The notes under the pieces: model-generated
Seen by the model: the letters and a program-made list of their open reading frames with translations, nothing else
What the model was told of the DNA's origin: nothing
Databases searched by the model: none
Part shown: positions 41,933-52,095 of the stretch, in pieces
Layout: each line of letters opens with the position of its first letter
Numbering within the stretch: the first letter of the stretch is position 1
Program-made: the position numbers and the translations under genes
Source of the DNA: an uncultured Solirubrobacteraceae bacterium
GTDB lineage: Bacteria; Actinomycetota; Thermoleophilia; Solirubrobacterales; Solirubrobacteraceae
Direction of reading: 5' to 3'
Assembly (NCBI GenBank): GCA_963797105.1
Contig: CAWCOB010000001.1
Span: 200,270 to 264,269 of the forward strand
DNA: 64,000 nt

Positions 41933-43537
41933 ATGAAAGGCGACGAGGATCGGGGGATCGTCGACCAGTCGGCGGTGCGCATGCGCGTGGCCACGGTCTC
42001 GGCGGGCGTGTGGTTGAGCTACGTGGTGTGCGGCTCGAGCGCGGTGTACCTGGCGCTGACGTGGCAGCGTCCTCACCGCACGCTGATCGCGCTGCTGTTC
42101 GGGGCGGGCTTCGTCGGCGCCGCGATCGTGTCGCTGCTGCCGCGCGAGCGGATCGTGCGCAGCCGCTATCGCGAGGCGTTCTTCCTCAGCTGGAGCCTCA
42201 TGGACCTGGCTCTGATCGCGGCCGGCGCGCTCGCGGACGGCGGCACGGGCAGCCCGCTGGCGCTCGTCTTCTTCATACCGGTCGTGTTCGCCGCGATGTC
42301 CTACCCGCTCGGCTCGGTGGTGATCGTCGGCGGGCTCAGCGTCGCCGGCTACCTCGCGCTCGCGCTCGCCGTCGGCGGCATGGGCTGGGCGTATCAGGCG
42401 GTGTTCGCGGTGATGCTCGCGTGCGCGGGGGCGATGAGCGCGTGGCAGGCGCGCAACCACGATCGCCAGCGCTTGGCGCTGATGGAGGTCTCGCGGGCAG
42501 ACCCGCTGACGGGCTGTCTGAACCGGCGCGGCTTCGAAGAGCGCGCGAGCTCGGTGCTCGGCACCGCCGCCCGTCAGTCCGGCAGGGGCGCGGTGCTGGT
42601 GCTCGACGTCGATCACTTCAAGCGAGTCAACGACGAGCATGGGCACGCGGCGGGCGACGAGCTGCTGCGCTGGGTCGTGCAGACGCTCAAACGCTCGGTC
42701 AGGCCGGCCGACGCGATCGGGCGCATCGGCGGCGACGAGCTCGCGGTGCTGTTCGTCGACCTCGATCCCGTGGACGCGCTCGAGAGCACCTCGCGGCTGC
42801 TCGAGGCGCTGAGCGAGCGCGCACCGTGCTCGGCGGGCGTAGCGGCGTTCCCGCTGGACGGCATGGAGCTCGAGGAGCTGATGCGCCAGGCGGATATGCG
42901 GCTGTACACGTCGCGCCACGGGCGCGCCGAGCGCGACGCCAGCGTCACGGAGCGGCTGAGCTGGGCGGCGACGCTCGCGCACGCGGTCGACCTGCGCATG
43001 GACGCCGCGCACGAGCACTCGCGCGCGGTCGCCGATCACGCGGTGTCGATCGCCGCGCGGCTCGGCTGGCAGGAGGACATGCTGGGCATGCTGCGGATCG
43101 CGGCGACGCTGCACGACGTCGGCAAGATGGCGATCCCCGATCGGATCCTGTGCAAGCCGGGGCGCCTGACGGCGGAGGAGTTCGAGCTGATCAAGGGCCA
43201 CAGCGTCGCGGGCGCGGAGCTGGTCGCGGGAGTGGAGGGGCTCGAGCCGATCGTCCCGTGGATCCGCCATTCGCACGAGAGCTTCGACGGCTCCGGTTAC
43301 CCCGAGGGCCTGCGCGGCGAGGAGATCCCGCTGGCGTCGCGCATCATGCTCGTGGCGGACGCGTTCGACGCGATCACGAGCACGCGCCCGTATCGCGCCG
43401 GCTCCTCGACGGCGCACGCGCGCGAGGAGCTCGTGCGCCACGCCGGCACGCAGTTCGACCCGCGGTGCGTGGATGCGCTGCTGGCGTGTCTCGACGACGA
43501 GCTGATGCTGCGCGCGCCAGGGCTCGCGCTGGCGTAG
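41933..43537 (+). CDS. Membrane GGDEF + HD-GYP protein
   Basis: N-terminal TMs; DPLTG.LNRR, RPAD I-site, GGDEL; LHDVGK, DGSGYP. Confidence 0.92.
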   Translation: MKGDEDRGIVDQSAVRMRVATVSAGVWLSYVVCGSSAVYLALTWQRPHRTLIALLFGAGFVGAAIVSLLPRERIVRSRYREAFFLSWSLMDLALIAAGALADGGTGSPLALVFFIPVVFAAMSYPLGSVVIVGGLSVAGYLALALAVGGMGWAYQAVFAVMLACAGAMSAWQARNHDRQRLALMEVSRADPLTGCLNRRGFEERASSVLGTAARQSGRGAVLVLDVDHFKRVNDEHGHAAGDELLRWVVQTLKRSVRPADAIGRIGGDELAVLFVDLDPVDALESTSRLLEALSERAPCSAGVAAFPLDGMELEELMRQADMRLYTSRHGRAERDASVTERLSWAATLAHAVDLRMDAAHEHSRAVADHAVSIAARLGWQEDMLGMLRIAATLHDVGKMAIPDRILCKPGRLTAEEFELIKGHSVAGAELVAGVEGLEPIVPWIRHSHESFDGSGYPEGLRGEEIPLASRIMLVADAFDAITSTRPYRAGSSTAHAREELVRHAGTQFDPRCVDALLACLDDELMLRAPGLALA

Positions 43538-43609
43538 CCGGCGGGCTCGCGCTGGCCCCCGACGCAGGTTCGCGCAGGCCCGGGGGGCAGGCTCGCGCAG
43601 GCCAGCCTA
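43518..43609. repeat. Four-unit tandem repeat, 23-bp period
   Basis: Units at 43518, 43541, 43564, 43587; core approximately GCAGGCTCGCGCWGGCC plus 6 variable nt. Confidence 0.7.
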
Positions 43610-44610
43610 AGCGGCGTCGCCGAGTCGGCGCTGGCGCGGCGAGCGCCGCGCCAGCACGGCGCCCCAGTCGCCGTCCTCGATACGCCCGGGGCTGGTCTCG
43701 TCGATGAACTCGCGCAGCAGCCGTGCGAGCTCGTGTGGGTCTTCGAGATGCGGGAAGTGCGCGGCATCGGGCAGCGTCCTGAAGAAGCTGTGCGGGATCG
43801 CTTCGTGCGCGCGTCTGCCGTGGACGAGGGGGATCGTGTGGTCGCGCTCGCCCCAGACGATCATCGTCGGCATCGTCTCGAGCAGGTACAGGCGGTCGGT
43901 GGCGCTGACGCGCTGCCCGTGTACGTCGATCACGGAGCGCAGCGTGGTCAGGAACGCCTGGCGGGCGTCCGCGTTCTCGAGCGGCCGCAGCGCTCGCGCG
44001 ATCGCCTGCATGTGAACGCCGCCGGCGAGCGCGCGCTCGCGCATGCGGCGGCCGGTGCCGGCGAGCGCCGCCAGCAGGCGGGGCTGGATCGTCATGGACA
44101 GGAGCGCGGAGACGCCGGGCAGCGCGGCGGTGCGCAGCATCGGGCTGACCTCGTGGCCGAGGCCGCCGCTGGAGATCAGCACGAGGCGCTCGACGCGCTG
44201 GGGGAACTGGTAGAAGAACTGCATCGCGACGCCGCCCCCGAGCGAGTGCCCGACGATCGTCGCGCGCTCGATCCCGATCGCGGCGAGCAGGTCGCGGATG
44301 CTGGCGGCGTGCGCCCCCAGCGAGTAGTCGCCGCGCGGCGCCGCCGAGTCGCCGTGCCCGATCAGGTCGGGCGCGACGACGGTGTGCTCGCGCGCGAGCT
44401 CGAGCGCGACCGACTGCCAGTGGCTGGAGGAGTTGAGCATGCCGTGGATCAGCACCACGGGCGGTCCGCTGCCGGCGATCCTGTAGACGGCGCGACGTCC
44501 GTGCAGCGCGATCTGCCACTCCTCGAACTGTCCCGCGGGCGCGGGAACCCGCGCGAAGCGCCCCTCGCGCGCTCGGGCGCGGTCGCCTGGGGCGTGGCTG
44601 GATGTCAGCG
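43607..44610 (-). CDS. Alpha/beta hydrolase (start uncertain, upstream of 44458)
   Basis: LIHG, DLIGHGDS, GHSLGG, HFPH; frame open upstream through LHGRRAVYRIAGSGP. Confidence 0.85.
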
Positions 44611-44657
44611 CGGCACCTCGCGCGCCACCCTAGCAAAGGGGTCATACTCGCTCTCGG

Positions 44658-45446
44658 ATGCTGCGGCTGGTGACGATCCCGATCAGCCACTACTGCGAGA
44701 AGGCGCGGTGGGCGCTGGATCGCGTCGGGCTCGAGTACCGCGAGGAGCGCCACGTGCAGGGCATTCACCAGCTGGCGGCGCGGCGCGCCGGGGGCGGCGT
44801 GACGGTGCCGGTGCTCGTGACACCGGAGCGCGTCATCGACGACTCGGCGGCGATCCTCGCGTGGGTCGACGAGCGCACCGCGAGCGAGCATCGCCTGTAT
44901 CCGGAGAATCGGGACGAGCGCCGCGAGGTGGAGGCCCTCTGCCGTCGTTTCGACGAGCGGCTCGGGCCGAGCGGCCGGCGCCTGATCTACGTGCGCATGC
45001 TCGCCCAGCGCGAGCTGATGCTGCGCTTCAACAACCAGGGCGTGCCGGGCTGGGAGGACCGCGTGATGCGCTCCTTCCTGCCGCTGTTCCTCGTCCTCGT
45101 GCGCCGTGTGCTGGAGATCCGACCGGGCGTCGAGGTCCAGGACGAGGCGCAGGTGTGCAGCGAGCTCGACTACGCGGCGGGCCTGCTCGCCGACGGCCGC
45201 CGCTATTTGTGCGGTGAGCGCTTCGGCGCCGCCGACCTCACGTTCGCGGCGCTGTGCGCGCCCGTCCTCATGCCGGCGATCTACGGGGTGGCGCTGCCGC
45301 CGCGCGCGAGCCTGGACGAGCCGACGGCGGCGCTCGTCGAGCGCGCCCGCGCGCATCCCGCCGGGGCATTCGCGCTGCGGGTGATCGCCGAGCATAGGCA
45401 CGCGATTCCGGGCTCGCCGCTGCGGGTCGCCCAGCCGCTGCATTGA
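44658..45446 (+). CDS. Glutathione S-transferase family protein
   Basis: ISHYCEKARWALD, TVPVL, DSAAI, AADLTFAAL. Confidence 0.9.
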   Translation: MLRLVTIPISHYCEKARWALDRVGLEYREERHVQGIHQLAARRAGGGVTVPVLVTPERVIDDSAAILAWVDERTASEHRLYPENRDERREVEALCRRFDERLGPSGRRLIYVRMLAQRELMLRFNNQGVPGWEDRVMRSFLPLFLVLVRRVLEIRPGVEVQDEAQVCSELDYAAGLLADGRRYLCGERFGAADLTFAALCAPVLMPAIYGVALPPRASLDEPTAALVERARAHPAGAFALRVIAEHRHAIPGSPLRVAQPLH

Positions 45447-45470
45447 TCCGTCCGCTGGGGCCGCGGGGCG

Positions 45471-46154
45471 CTAGCTCGCCGGCCCGTCGTCCCACAGGCG
45501 GGTGTTGCGCCGTCCGGCGCGCCGCGCCCGCCGCAGGGCGCGCTCGCGCGTACCGAGCGACGCGTCAGCCGGCTCTGTGTGCTCGTCGACGTCGGCGCGG
45601 GAGTCGTCGGGTTCGGCCCACTCGTACAGGCAGTGGCTGGCGGACGCGAGGCGCCGGCACGCGCGTTGCAGCTCCTCGGCCAGCTCGAGCCAGGCGTCTG
45701 ACGGCGGCGGCTGGCTGGCGTCGAGCAGGTGCGCGGCTCGCGCGAGGCGCTCGCGCAGGCTCTCGCGGAAGCGCTCGATCTCCTGTGCGGCGAGGGTGTG
45801 CGCGGTGCGCCAGGCGCGATGCTGCGGCGACTCGGGCAGCGGCGTCAGCAGGCCCGCGCGCCGCGCCGCTCGCAGGTGCGCGAGCCCGGCGCCGCTGAGC
45901 GCCCACGTCGGCACGCTGTGGCGCCGAGCGCGCTCGAGCAGGCCGGATTCCTGCATCGCCTCCAGCCGCTCGCGCACGTGGCGCGCGGCGGCTGAGCGCC
46001 GGCCGATGCCGAGGTGCTCGAGGATCGTCCACACGGGGACCGCCGGGGTGTCGCGTGTCTGGTGGCGCACGGCGCGCTCGATGGCGGCGAGCACGAGCTC
46101 GTCGGATGGGGGAGCCGGGTGTTTGGGGCGTGATGGTCGGTCGCGGTGGGGCAT
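45471..46154 (-). CDS. Hypothetical protein with wHTH-like N-terminal half
   Basis: AGAGGAG RBS; ILEHLG...VRERLEAMQESGLLER...WALSGAG. Confidence 0.65.
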   Translation of the reverse strand: MPHRDRPSRPKHPAPPSDELVLAAIERAVRHQTRDTPAVPVWTILEHLGIGRRSAAARHVRERLEAMQESGLLERARRHSVPTWALSGAGLAHLRAARRAGLLTPLPESPQHRAWRTAHTLAAQEIERFRESLRERLARAAHLLDASQPPPSDAWLELAEELQRACRRLASASHCLYEWAEPDDSRADVDEHTEPADASLGTRERALRRARRAGRRNTRLWDDGPAS

Positions 46155-46423
46155 GGCGTCTCCTCTGTTCGAGGGCGCCGAGGGCGCAGGCCGATTCCGC
46201 GATCGCCCGGGAGGTGCGGCGGGAGCCGCACTGCGGGACAATCTACGGGCATCGAGGCCGAGCAACTCGGTGCCGGGCCCGGGGTGTTGGCGCACCGCCG
46301 GGCCATATTTCTGCAGTACGTCGAGCACGCTAGCCGCGCTGATGGTCGAGACGCGTGAAGCTGGTAGAAAGACTCAGTGTTGACACGCCTTTGTTTCATG
46401 GCGGGCACAAAATTGAGCGCCGG

Positions 46424-47905
46424 GTGAATACCGAGCGCCAGGACCAGACGCCGTACCTGGATGCGCTGTGCGAGTACGCAGAGCGCAAGCCGGCGCGTTT
46501 GCACGTGCCCGGGCACAAGGGCGGGGCGGGCGCCGACGAGGGCATGCTGCGGGCGTTTGGCGAGCGGGCGGTGAGCCTCGACATCCCGGCGCTGACGCAC
46601 GGCATCGACGTGGGCGTCGAGCCGACGCCGTTCGAGCAGGCGCAGCGGCTCGCGGCGGAGGCGTGGGGGGCGAAACGCGCGTGGTTCTTGATCAACGGCG
46701 CCTCGCAGGGCAACCTCGCGGCGGGCCTCGCGCTCGCACACTACGGCGAGGAGGTCGTGATCCAGCGCAACGCGCACTCGAGTGCGATCGACTCGCTCGT
46801 GCTGTCGGGCCTGCGCCCGACGTTCGCGGCGCCGGAGGTGGACCCCGAGCTGGGCATCGCCCACTGCCTGTCGCCGGAGACGCTCGAGCGCGCGCTCGCC
46901 GCGACCCCCAGGGCGGTCGCGGCGTGGGTGATCTCGCCGACGTACTTCGGCGCGGTCGCGGACGTGGGGGCGCTGGCGGCGGTCGCGCACGAGCGCGGCG
47001 TGCCGCTCGTCGTGGACGAGGCCTGGGGCGCGCACATGGCTTTCCACGAGGAGCTTCCCGACCACGCGCTGTCGCTCGGCGCGGACCTGGTGATCTCGAG
47101 CACGCACAAGATCGTCGGCAGCCTGACGCAGTCGGCGATGCTGCATCTCGGCGACGGCGGTGGCGAGCTGATCGGCGAGGACATGGTCGACCGCGCGGTC
47201 ACGTTGACGGAGTCGACGAGCCCCAACTCGCTGCTGTGCGGGTCGCTCGATGCGGCGCGCCGGCAGGCGGCGGTGCACGGACGCGAGCTGCTCGGCGCGA
47301 CGATGGCCGCGATCGCACGGGCGCGCGATGAGATCCGCGCGATCGACGGGCTGGACGTGCTCGACGACCGGCTGGCGGGACGCCCGGGCGTGTTCGCTTA
47401 CGACCCGCTGCGCCTGGCGGTGGACGTGCGCGGCGTGGCCGCGAGCGGCTACGAGCTCGCGCCGCTGCTGCGCGAGATCGACGACATCAACCTGGAGCTG
47501 TACGGCCAGAACGTGCTGGTGGCGGTGTTCGGGATGGGCGAGCGCGGCCTGCCCGAGGCGGCGCGGCTCGTCGGCGCGCTGCGCATCGCGGCGGAGCGCG
47601 TCGGGCTCGACCCCGGCGGCGCGCAGGCCAGCTTCGCGGCGCCGCCGCCGTGGGGCGAGCTGGCGATGACCCCGCGCGAGGCGTACCTGGGCGCGCAGGA
47701 GGTCGTGCCGGCGGCGCAGGCGGCCGGGCGGATCGCGGCGGAGTCGCTGGCGACGTATCCGCCGGGCATACCGAACGTGCTGCCGGGCGAGCGGCTGACG
47801 GCGGAGACGCTCGCGTACGTGCAGAACACGCTCGAGCTGGGCGGCAGCGTGCGCGGCGCGAGCGACCGGCTGCTGCACACGGTGCGCGTCGTCGTCGAGC
47901 GCTAG
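46424..47905 (+). CDS. PLP-dependent Arg/Lys/Orn decarboxylase
   Basis: HVPGHK, INGASQGN, RNAH, VDEAWG, STHK, STSP, YPPGIP. Confidence 0.92.
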   Translation: MNTERQDQTPYLDALCEYAERKPARLHVPGHKGGAGADEGMLRAFGERAVSLDIPALTHGIDVGVEPTPFEQAQRLAAEAWGAKRAWFLINGASQGNLAAGLALAHYGEEVVIQRNAHSSAIDSLVLSGLRPTFAAPEVDPELGIAHCLSPETLERALAATPRAVAAWVISPTYFGAVADVGALAAVAHERGVPLVVDEAWGAHMAFHEELPDHALSLGADLVISSTHKIVGSLTQSAMLHLGDGGGELIGEDMVDRAVTLTESTSPNSLLCGSLDAARRQAAVHGRELLGATMAAIARARDEIRAIDGLDVLDDRLAGRPGVFAYDPLRLAVDVRGVAASGYELAPLLREIDDINLELYGQNVLVAVFGMGERGLPEAARLVGALRIAAERVGLDPGGAQASFAAPPPWGELAMTPREAYLGAQEVVPAAQAAGRIAAESLATYPPGIPNVLPGERLTAETLAYVQNTLELGGSVRGASDRLLHTVRVVVER

Positions 47906-47919
47906 GCGCGGCTGCCCGG

Positions 47920-48396
47920 TCAGGCCGGCGGCTGCTCGCCGTCGTAGTAGTCGGCGGCGTCGCCGAGACGGAACAGCGTCCACAGGCCGCCGCCGTCGGG
48001 CAGGCGCTCGAAGGCGCCGAGCTTGCCCGAGTCGGGGTAGATCACGACGTCGGGCTCGCCGCTCGTGCTGAACGACAGGAAGCGCACCGTCCCGGCCGTG
48101 CGGTTGACGAGCTGGTGGCCGCCGTGCTCGCCGCGGGGGAACGCGACGACCTCCCCCTGGCGCAGCTCGCGCCAGCCGTCGGGCGTGCGCAGGCTCGGCG
48201 TGCCCTCGACCACGAGCACGAGCTCCTCCTCGGTGTAGTGGAAGTGGTACGGGTAGGCGGCTTCGCCGGGCGGCACCTCCCACAGGCTCAAGCCGAGGCG
48301 CTCGCTGCCGGCCTGGCGGCTGAGTCGCGCGCGCTTGCACTGGAAGCCGGGGTGCTCGCGCGGCTCGTCGAAGAGGGGATCGTCGATGTTCGGCAT
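47920..48396 (-). CDS. Cupin-domain protein
   Basis: YPYHFHYTEEE, GHQLVN. Confidence 0.88.
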   Translation of the reverse strand: MPNIDDPLFDEPREHPGFQCKRARLSRQAGSERLGLSLWEVPPGEAAYPYHFHYTEEELVLVVEGTPSLRTPDGWRELRQGEVVAFPRGEHGGHQLVNRTAGTVRFLSFSTSGEPDVVIYPDSGKLGAFERLPDGGGLWTLFRLGDAADYYDGEQPPA

Positions 48397-48475
48397 GTAT
48401 GAAGGGTAAGCGCGAGCGGGGCGGGGCGACGGACGCGGATGCACCGGCGTGGTCGAGCGTGCAAGGGTGCAGGCC

Positions 48476-49132
48476 GTGAGCGACCTGCAACTCGTGATCT
48501 TTGACTGCGACGGCGTGCTCGTCGACAGCGAGGCGATCTCGTGCGGCGTGATCGCGAGCATGATCAGCGCCGAAGGCCTCCCGACGACGCTCGCCGAGTC
48601 CCGGCGCGACTATCAGGGGCTGCGGCTCGACGAGGTCCTCGCGAAGGTCGAGGCGAAGCTCGGCCGCCCGCTGCCGGAGGACTGGCTTGCGCGCTACGAG
48701 CGCGAGCGCGCTGAGACATTTCGGCGAGACCTGAAGGCGGTCCCGGGAGCGGCCGACGCGGTCACGCGCGTTGCCGCGGCCGGCGTCGCGGTGTGCGTCG
48801 CCTCGCAGGGCAAGCTCGAGAAGACGCGCCTGACGCTGGGGCTGACGGGCCTGCTCCCGCTGTTCGCGCAGGACGCGCTGTTCTCGGCTCACTCGGTGCC
48901 GCGCGGCAAGCCTCACCCGGACCTGTTCCTGGCGGCGGCGAGCGCGATGGGGGCGGAGCCGGCGCGCTGCGCGGTCGTCGAGGACACGCCGTCGGGCGTG
49001 ACCGCGGCGGTGGCGGCCGGCATGCGCGCGTTCGGCTACGGCGCCGACAGCGACGAGACCGCGCTGCGGGATGCAGGCGCGGAGCTCGTCGCGTCGCTCG
49101 ATCGGCTGCCGGCGCTCTTGGGGCTCGCCTGA
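48476..49132 (+). CDS. HAD-superfamily hydrolase
   Basis: FDCDGVLVDSE, KPHPD, VEDTPSG. Confidence 0.92.
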   Translation: MSDLQLVIFDCDGVLVDSEAISCGVIASMISAEGLPTTLAESRRDYQGLRLDEVLAKVEAKLGRPLPEDWLARYERERAETFRRDLKAVPGAADAVTRVAAAGVAVCVASQGKLEKTRLTLGLTGLLPLFAQDALFSAHSVPRGKPHPDLFLAAASAMGAEPARCAVVEDTPSGVTAAVAAGMRAFGYGADSDETALRDAGAELVASLDRLPALLGLA

Positions 49133-49957
49133 TCAGGCCTGCTCGTATCGCAGCGAGCCGGGCGTGGTCAGCTTCTCGCCGGTCTCCAGCAGCGTCTTCA
49201 GGCCGGAGAGGATCATCGGCCAGCCGCCGTAGAGCTCGCTGTTGGCGTTCTCGCGCAGCCGGTCGTGGGTGAGCGTCAGCCGGCACGAGTCGCCGATGGG
49301 CTCGATCTCCCATGTGATGCGCGAGGTGCCTTCGCCCTTGACCTCATCGCTCCACAGGGCCCTGAAGCTGTGGACGAGCCGCAGCGGCGGCTCGACCTCG
49401 AGGATCTCGCCCTCGCCGATCGCGACGCCGGACGGGTGGTAGGTCTCGATGCTCGCGCCTGGTGTCCAGTCGGAGCGCACGCCGACGCCGAAGGAGTACT
49501 TGCGCCGCGTCTCATCGTCCGTGATCGCCTCCCACAGGCGCTCGGGCGTGGTCTTGATGTAGATCTCGAAGACCTTGTCCGTTGGGGCTGCCGTCCACGG
49601 CCGCTTGCCGCTGGGCTGCGCGTCGATCTCTGCCTGCGTGGTCATCTCGGGTTCCTCCTCGAGTCGTTGCTTTAGGCCGCTGAGCGTCGCCGCCCACGGC
49701 TCGGCGTACTTGCTCACCCAGCGGTCGTGGACGAGCCGGATCGGGACGGGGTTCAGGAAGTGGAGCTTCTCGCGCCCGCGCTTGCGCGTGGTCACGAGCC
49801 CCGCCTCCTCGAGCACCTTCAGATGCTTCATCACGCCGAAGCGCGTCATCGGCAGTCGCCGCTCGAGCTGGCCCAGCGTCTGCCCATCGAGCTCGAACAG
49901 CTCGTCGAGCAGGCTGCGCCGCGTCGGGTCGGCCAGGGCTCTGAACACCTCGTCCAC
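49133..49957 (-). CDS. ArsR-family regulator fused to SRPBCC/AHSA1 domain
   Basis: FRALADPTRR, MKHLKVLEEAGLV; IYIKTTPERLWEAITD, GGWP. Confidence 0.92.
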   Translation of the reverse strand: MDEVFRALADPTRRSLLDELFELDGQTLGQLERRLPMTRFGVMKHLKVLEEAGLVTTRKRGREKLHFLNPVPIRLVHDRWVSKYAEPWAATLSGLKQRLEEEPEMTTQAEIDAQPSGKRPWTAAPTDKVFEIYIKTTPERLWEAITDDETRRKYSFGVGVRSDWTPGASIETYHPSGVAIGEGEILEVEPPLRLVHSFRALWSDEVKGEGTSRITWEIEPIGDSCRLTLTHDRLRENANSELYGGWPMILSGLKTLLETGEKLTTPGSLRYEQA

Positions 49958-49971
49958 GGGGTGGATGATAG

Positions 49972-49987
49972 GTGACTAATTAGTCAC
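49972..49987. promoter_or_regulatory. Perfect palindrome GTGACTAATTAGTCAC, likely ArsR autoregulatory operator
   Basis: 16-bp inverted repeat 14 nt upstream of the ArsR start. Confidence 0.75.
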
Positions 49988-50012
49988 ATGTCAAGGGCGG
50001 GCGAAGACGGCT

Positions 50013-50714
50013 TCAGCTCACCCAGCTCGCGAGGAGCGGATCGTCGGCTGCCGCGCTTCGGAGCCGCTCGATGGTCGCGGCACGTAGGTCGTGCTTGGTG
50101 CGCGCGTACACGTCGGCCGGCAGCGCGGCGAGGTTGGCGGCGAGTGCGAGGGCGCGGGGCAGGACCTCGTCGGCCGCGAGGACCTCGTCGAAGATCCCGA
50201 GACGCAGGCACTCCGCCGCGTCGATCAGCTCGTTGCCGAGCGCGAGCACGCGCGCTGCGTGTGGTGCGAGCTCCGCCGCCACGACCCCGATCGCCGCCTG
50301 TGGGTAGGGCACGCCGACCTTGACCTCGGTGAGCCCGTAGCGACCCTCGCTCGAGGCGACGCGGAGGTCGGTGCAAAGCGCTAGCACGAGGCCGCCGGCG
50401 ATCGCGTGCCCCGTGATCGCGCCGATCACCGGGCATGGCAGCTCGTACACGTCGAGCGCCATCGCGTTGATGCTCGCGACCATCTCGCGCTGCTCCTCGG
50501 GGCCGTAGCCGGGGACCAGCTTGAGATCGGCTCCCGCAGAGAAGACCCCGGGCCGCCCGGCCAGGACCAGCGCTCTTGGCGGCGCGCTCGCGACCTGCGC
50601 GACACCGGCAAGGACGTCCCGCAGCAGCTCGACGGACATCGCGTTGGCGGGCGGTCGATCGACGCTCATCACGACTACACCGGGGTCGTGCTCTCGCAAC
50701 GTCACATGCTCCAT
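50013..50714 (-). CDS. Enoyl-CoA hydratase/isomerase
   Basis: FSAGADL, GHAIAGG, GLTEVKVG. Confidence 0.9.
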   Translation of the reverse strand: MEHVTLREHDPGVVVMSVDRPPANAMSVELLRDVLAGVAQVASAPPRALVLAGRPGVFSAGADLKLVPGYGPEEQREMVASINAMALDVYELPCPVIGAITGHAIAGGLVLALCTDLRVASSEGRYGLTEVKVGVPYPQAAIGVVAAELAPHAARVLALGNELIDAAECLRLGIFDEVLAADEVLPRALALAANLAALPADVYARTKHDLRAATIERLRSAAADDPLLASWVS

Positions 50715-50757
50715 GAGGCGGAGCCTATTGCGCGTGATTTGTCTATGGAGCTAGGGT

Positions 50758-52032
50758 TGTGTGGTTGCGGCACATAGTGGACTGATGTCTCGGGACATGC
50801 TGGACGCCTACGAAAGGCGGCTGGTATGGATGGGACGGGGTTGGCGCGGTATGTGGTGGATGCGGTGTTGTTGGAGGGGAGGAGCGCGAGAGAGATCGCG
50901 GCTGCTCACGGGATCAGCAAGAGCTGGATCTATGTGCTGATCAAGCGCTACCGGGCAGGAGGCTATGAGGCGCTCGAGCCGCGCTCCAGACGGCCACGCT
51001 CCTGCGGACACGAGACCACGGCTGAGGTCGTGCAGGCGATCGTGGCGCTGCGCCGCGAGCTGCAGGCGGACGGCCACGACGCCGGCGCGGCGACGATCGC
51101 CTACCACCTCGCCGGGCGCATCAAGGCGGTTCCTTCCCGGGCAACGATCTGGCGAATCCTCAAACGAGAGGGATTGATCGTTCCCCAGCCCCAGAAGCGG
51201 CCTCGCTGCTCGCTGATCCGCTTCCAGGCAGACCTACCAAACGAGACCTGGCAGACCGACATCACGCACTGGCAGCTCGCCGGCGGCGAGCACGCGGAGA
51301 TCCTCAACTTCATCGACGATCACTCCCGCCTGTTCCTGGCCTCCGACGCCTACCCCACCACCAAAGCCAAGGACGTTGTGGACAGCTTCCACAAGGCCGC
51401 CACCCTGCACGGCCTGCCCGCATCGCTGCTCTCCGATAACGGCGCAGTGTTCACAGCCAGCCCCCGCCACGGCAAGGTGCTGCTGCAGTCAGAGCTCGAG
51501 CGGCTCGGGATCGCCTCCAAGAACTCACGGCCCTACCACCCACAAACCTGCGGCAAGGTCGAGCGGCTACACCAGACCCTCAAGCGCTACCTCGCCAAGC
51601 AGCCACCCGCCAACAGCCTCCCACAGCTACAGGCCCAGCTCGACACGTTCATCCACTACTACAACGACATCCGCCCCCACAGAGCCCTCGACGGACGCAC
51701 CCCGCTACAGGCCTACAGCACCCGCATCAAGCCCAAACCCACCGGCCAGGACACCAAAGCCCACTTCCGAGCCCGTCAAGACAAGGTCGACGAGACCGGC
51801 AAGATCAGCCTTCGATACCACAGCAAGCTCTACAAAATCGGGCTAGACAGAGCCCACAAAGGCCGGCCAGTCAAGCTCCTCATCGCCGACCAACAGATCC
51901 ACGTCATCGACCTCCAAGGGCAACTCATCCGCGAGCTCACACTCGACCCCACCCGCAACTACCAGCCCCACACAACCCTAAACTGACCACAATCTCCCGA
52001 GACACGCGTCCAGCATGTCCCGAGACAAAACA
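50758..52032 (+). mobile_element. IS481-family insertion sequence
   Basis: TGT...ACA ends; imperfect ~46-bp terminal inverted repeats built from repeated TGTCTCGGGACA(TGCTGGAC) units. Confidence 0.88.
50826..51986 (+). CDS. IS481-family DDE transposase
   Basis: N-terminal HTH; WQTD, IDDHSR, SDNG, HPQTCGKVER. Confidence 0.93.
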   Translation: MDGTGLARYVVDAVLLEGRSAREIAAAHGISKSWIYVLIKRYRAGGYEALEPRSRRPRSCGHETTAEVVQAIVALRRELQADGHDAGAATIAYHLAGRIKAVPSRATIWRILKREGLIVPQPQKRPRCSLIRFQADLPNETWQTDITHWQLAGGEHAEILNFIDDHSRLFLASDAYPTTKAKDVVDSFHKAATLHGLPASLLSDNGAVFTASPRHGKVLLQSELERLGIASKNSRPYHPQTCGKVERLHQTLKRYLAKQPPANSLPQLQAQLDTFIHYYNDIRPHRALDGRTPLQAYSTRIKPKPTGQDTKAHFRARQDKVDETGKISLRYHSKLYKIGLDRAHKGRPVKLLIADQQIHVIDLQGQLIRELTLDPTRNYQPHTTLN

Positions 52033-52095
52033 TCTATGGACTTTCGGGTACTACGAACAAACCCCGAACACCGGGTTGAGGCTTTGCGGGAAGCG

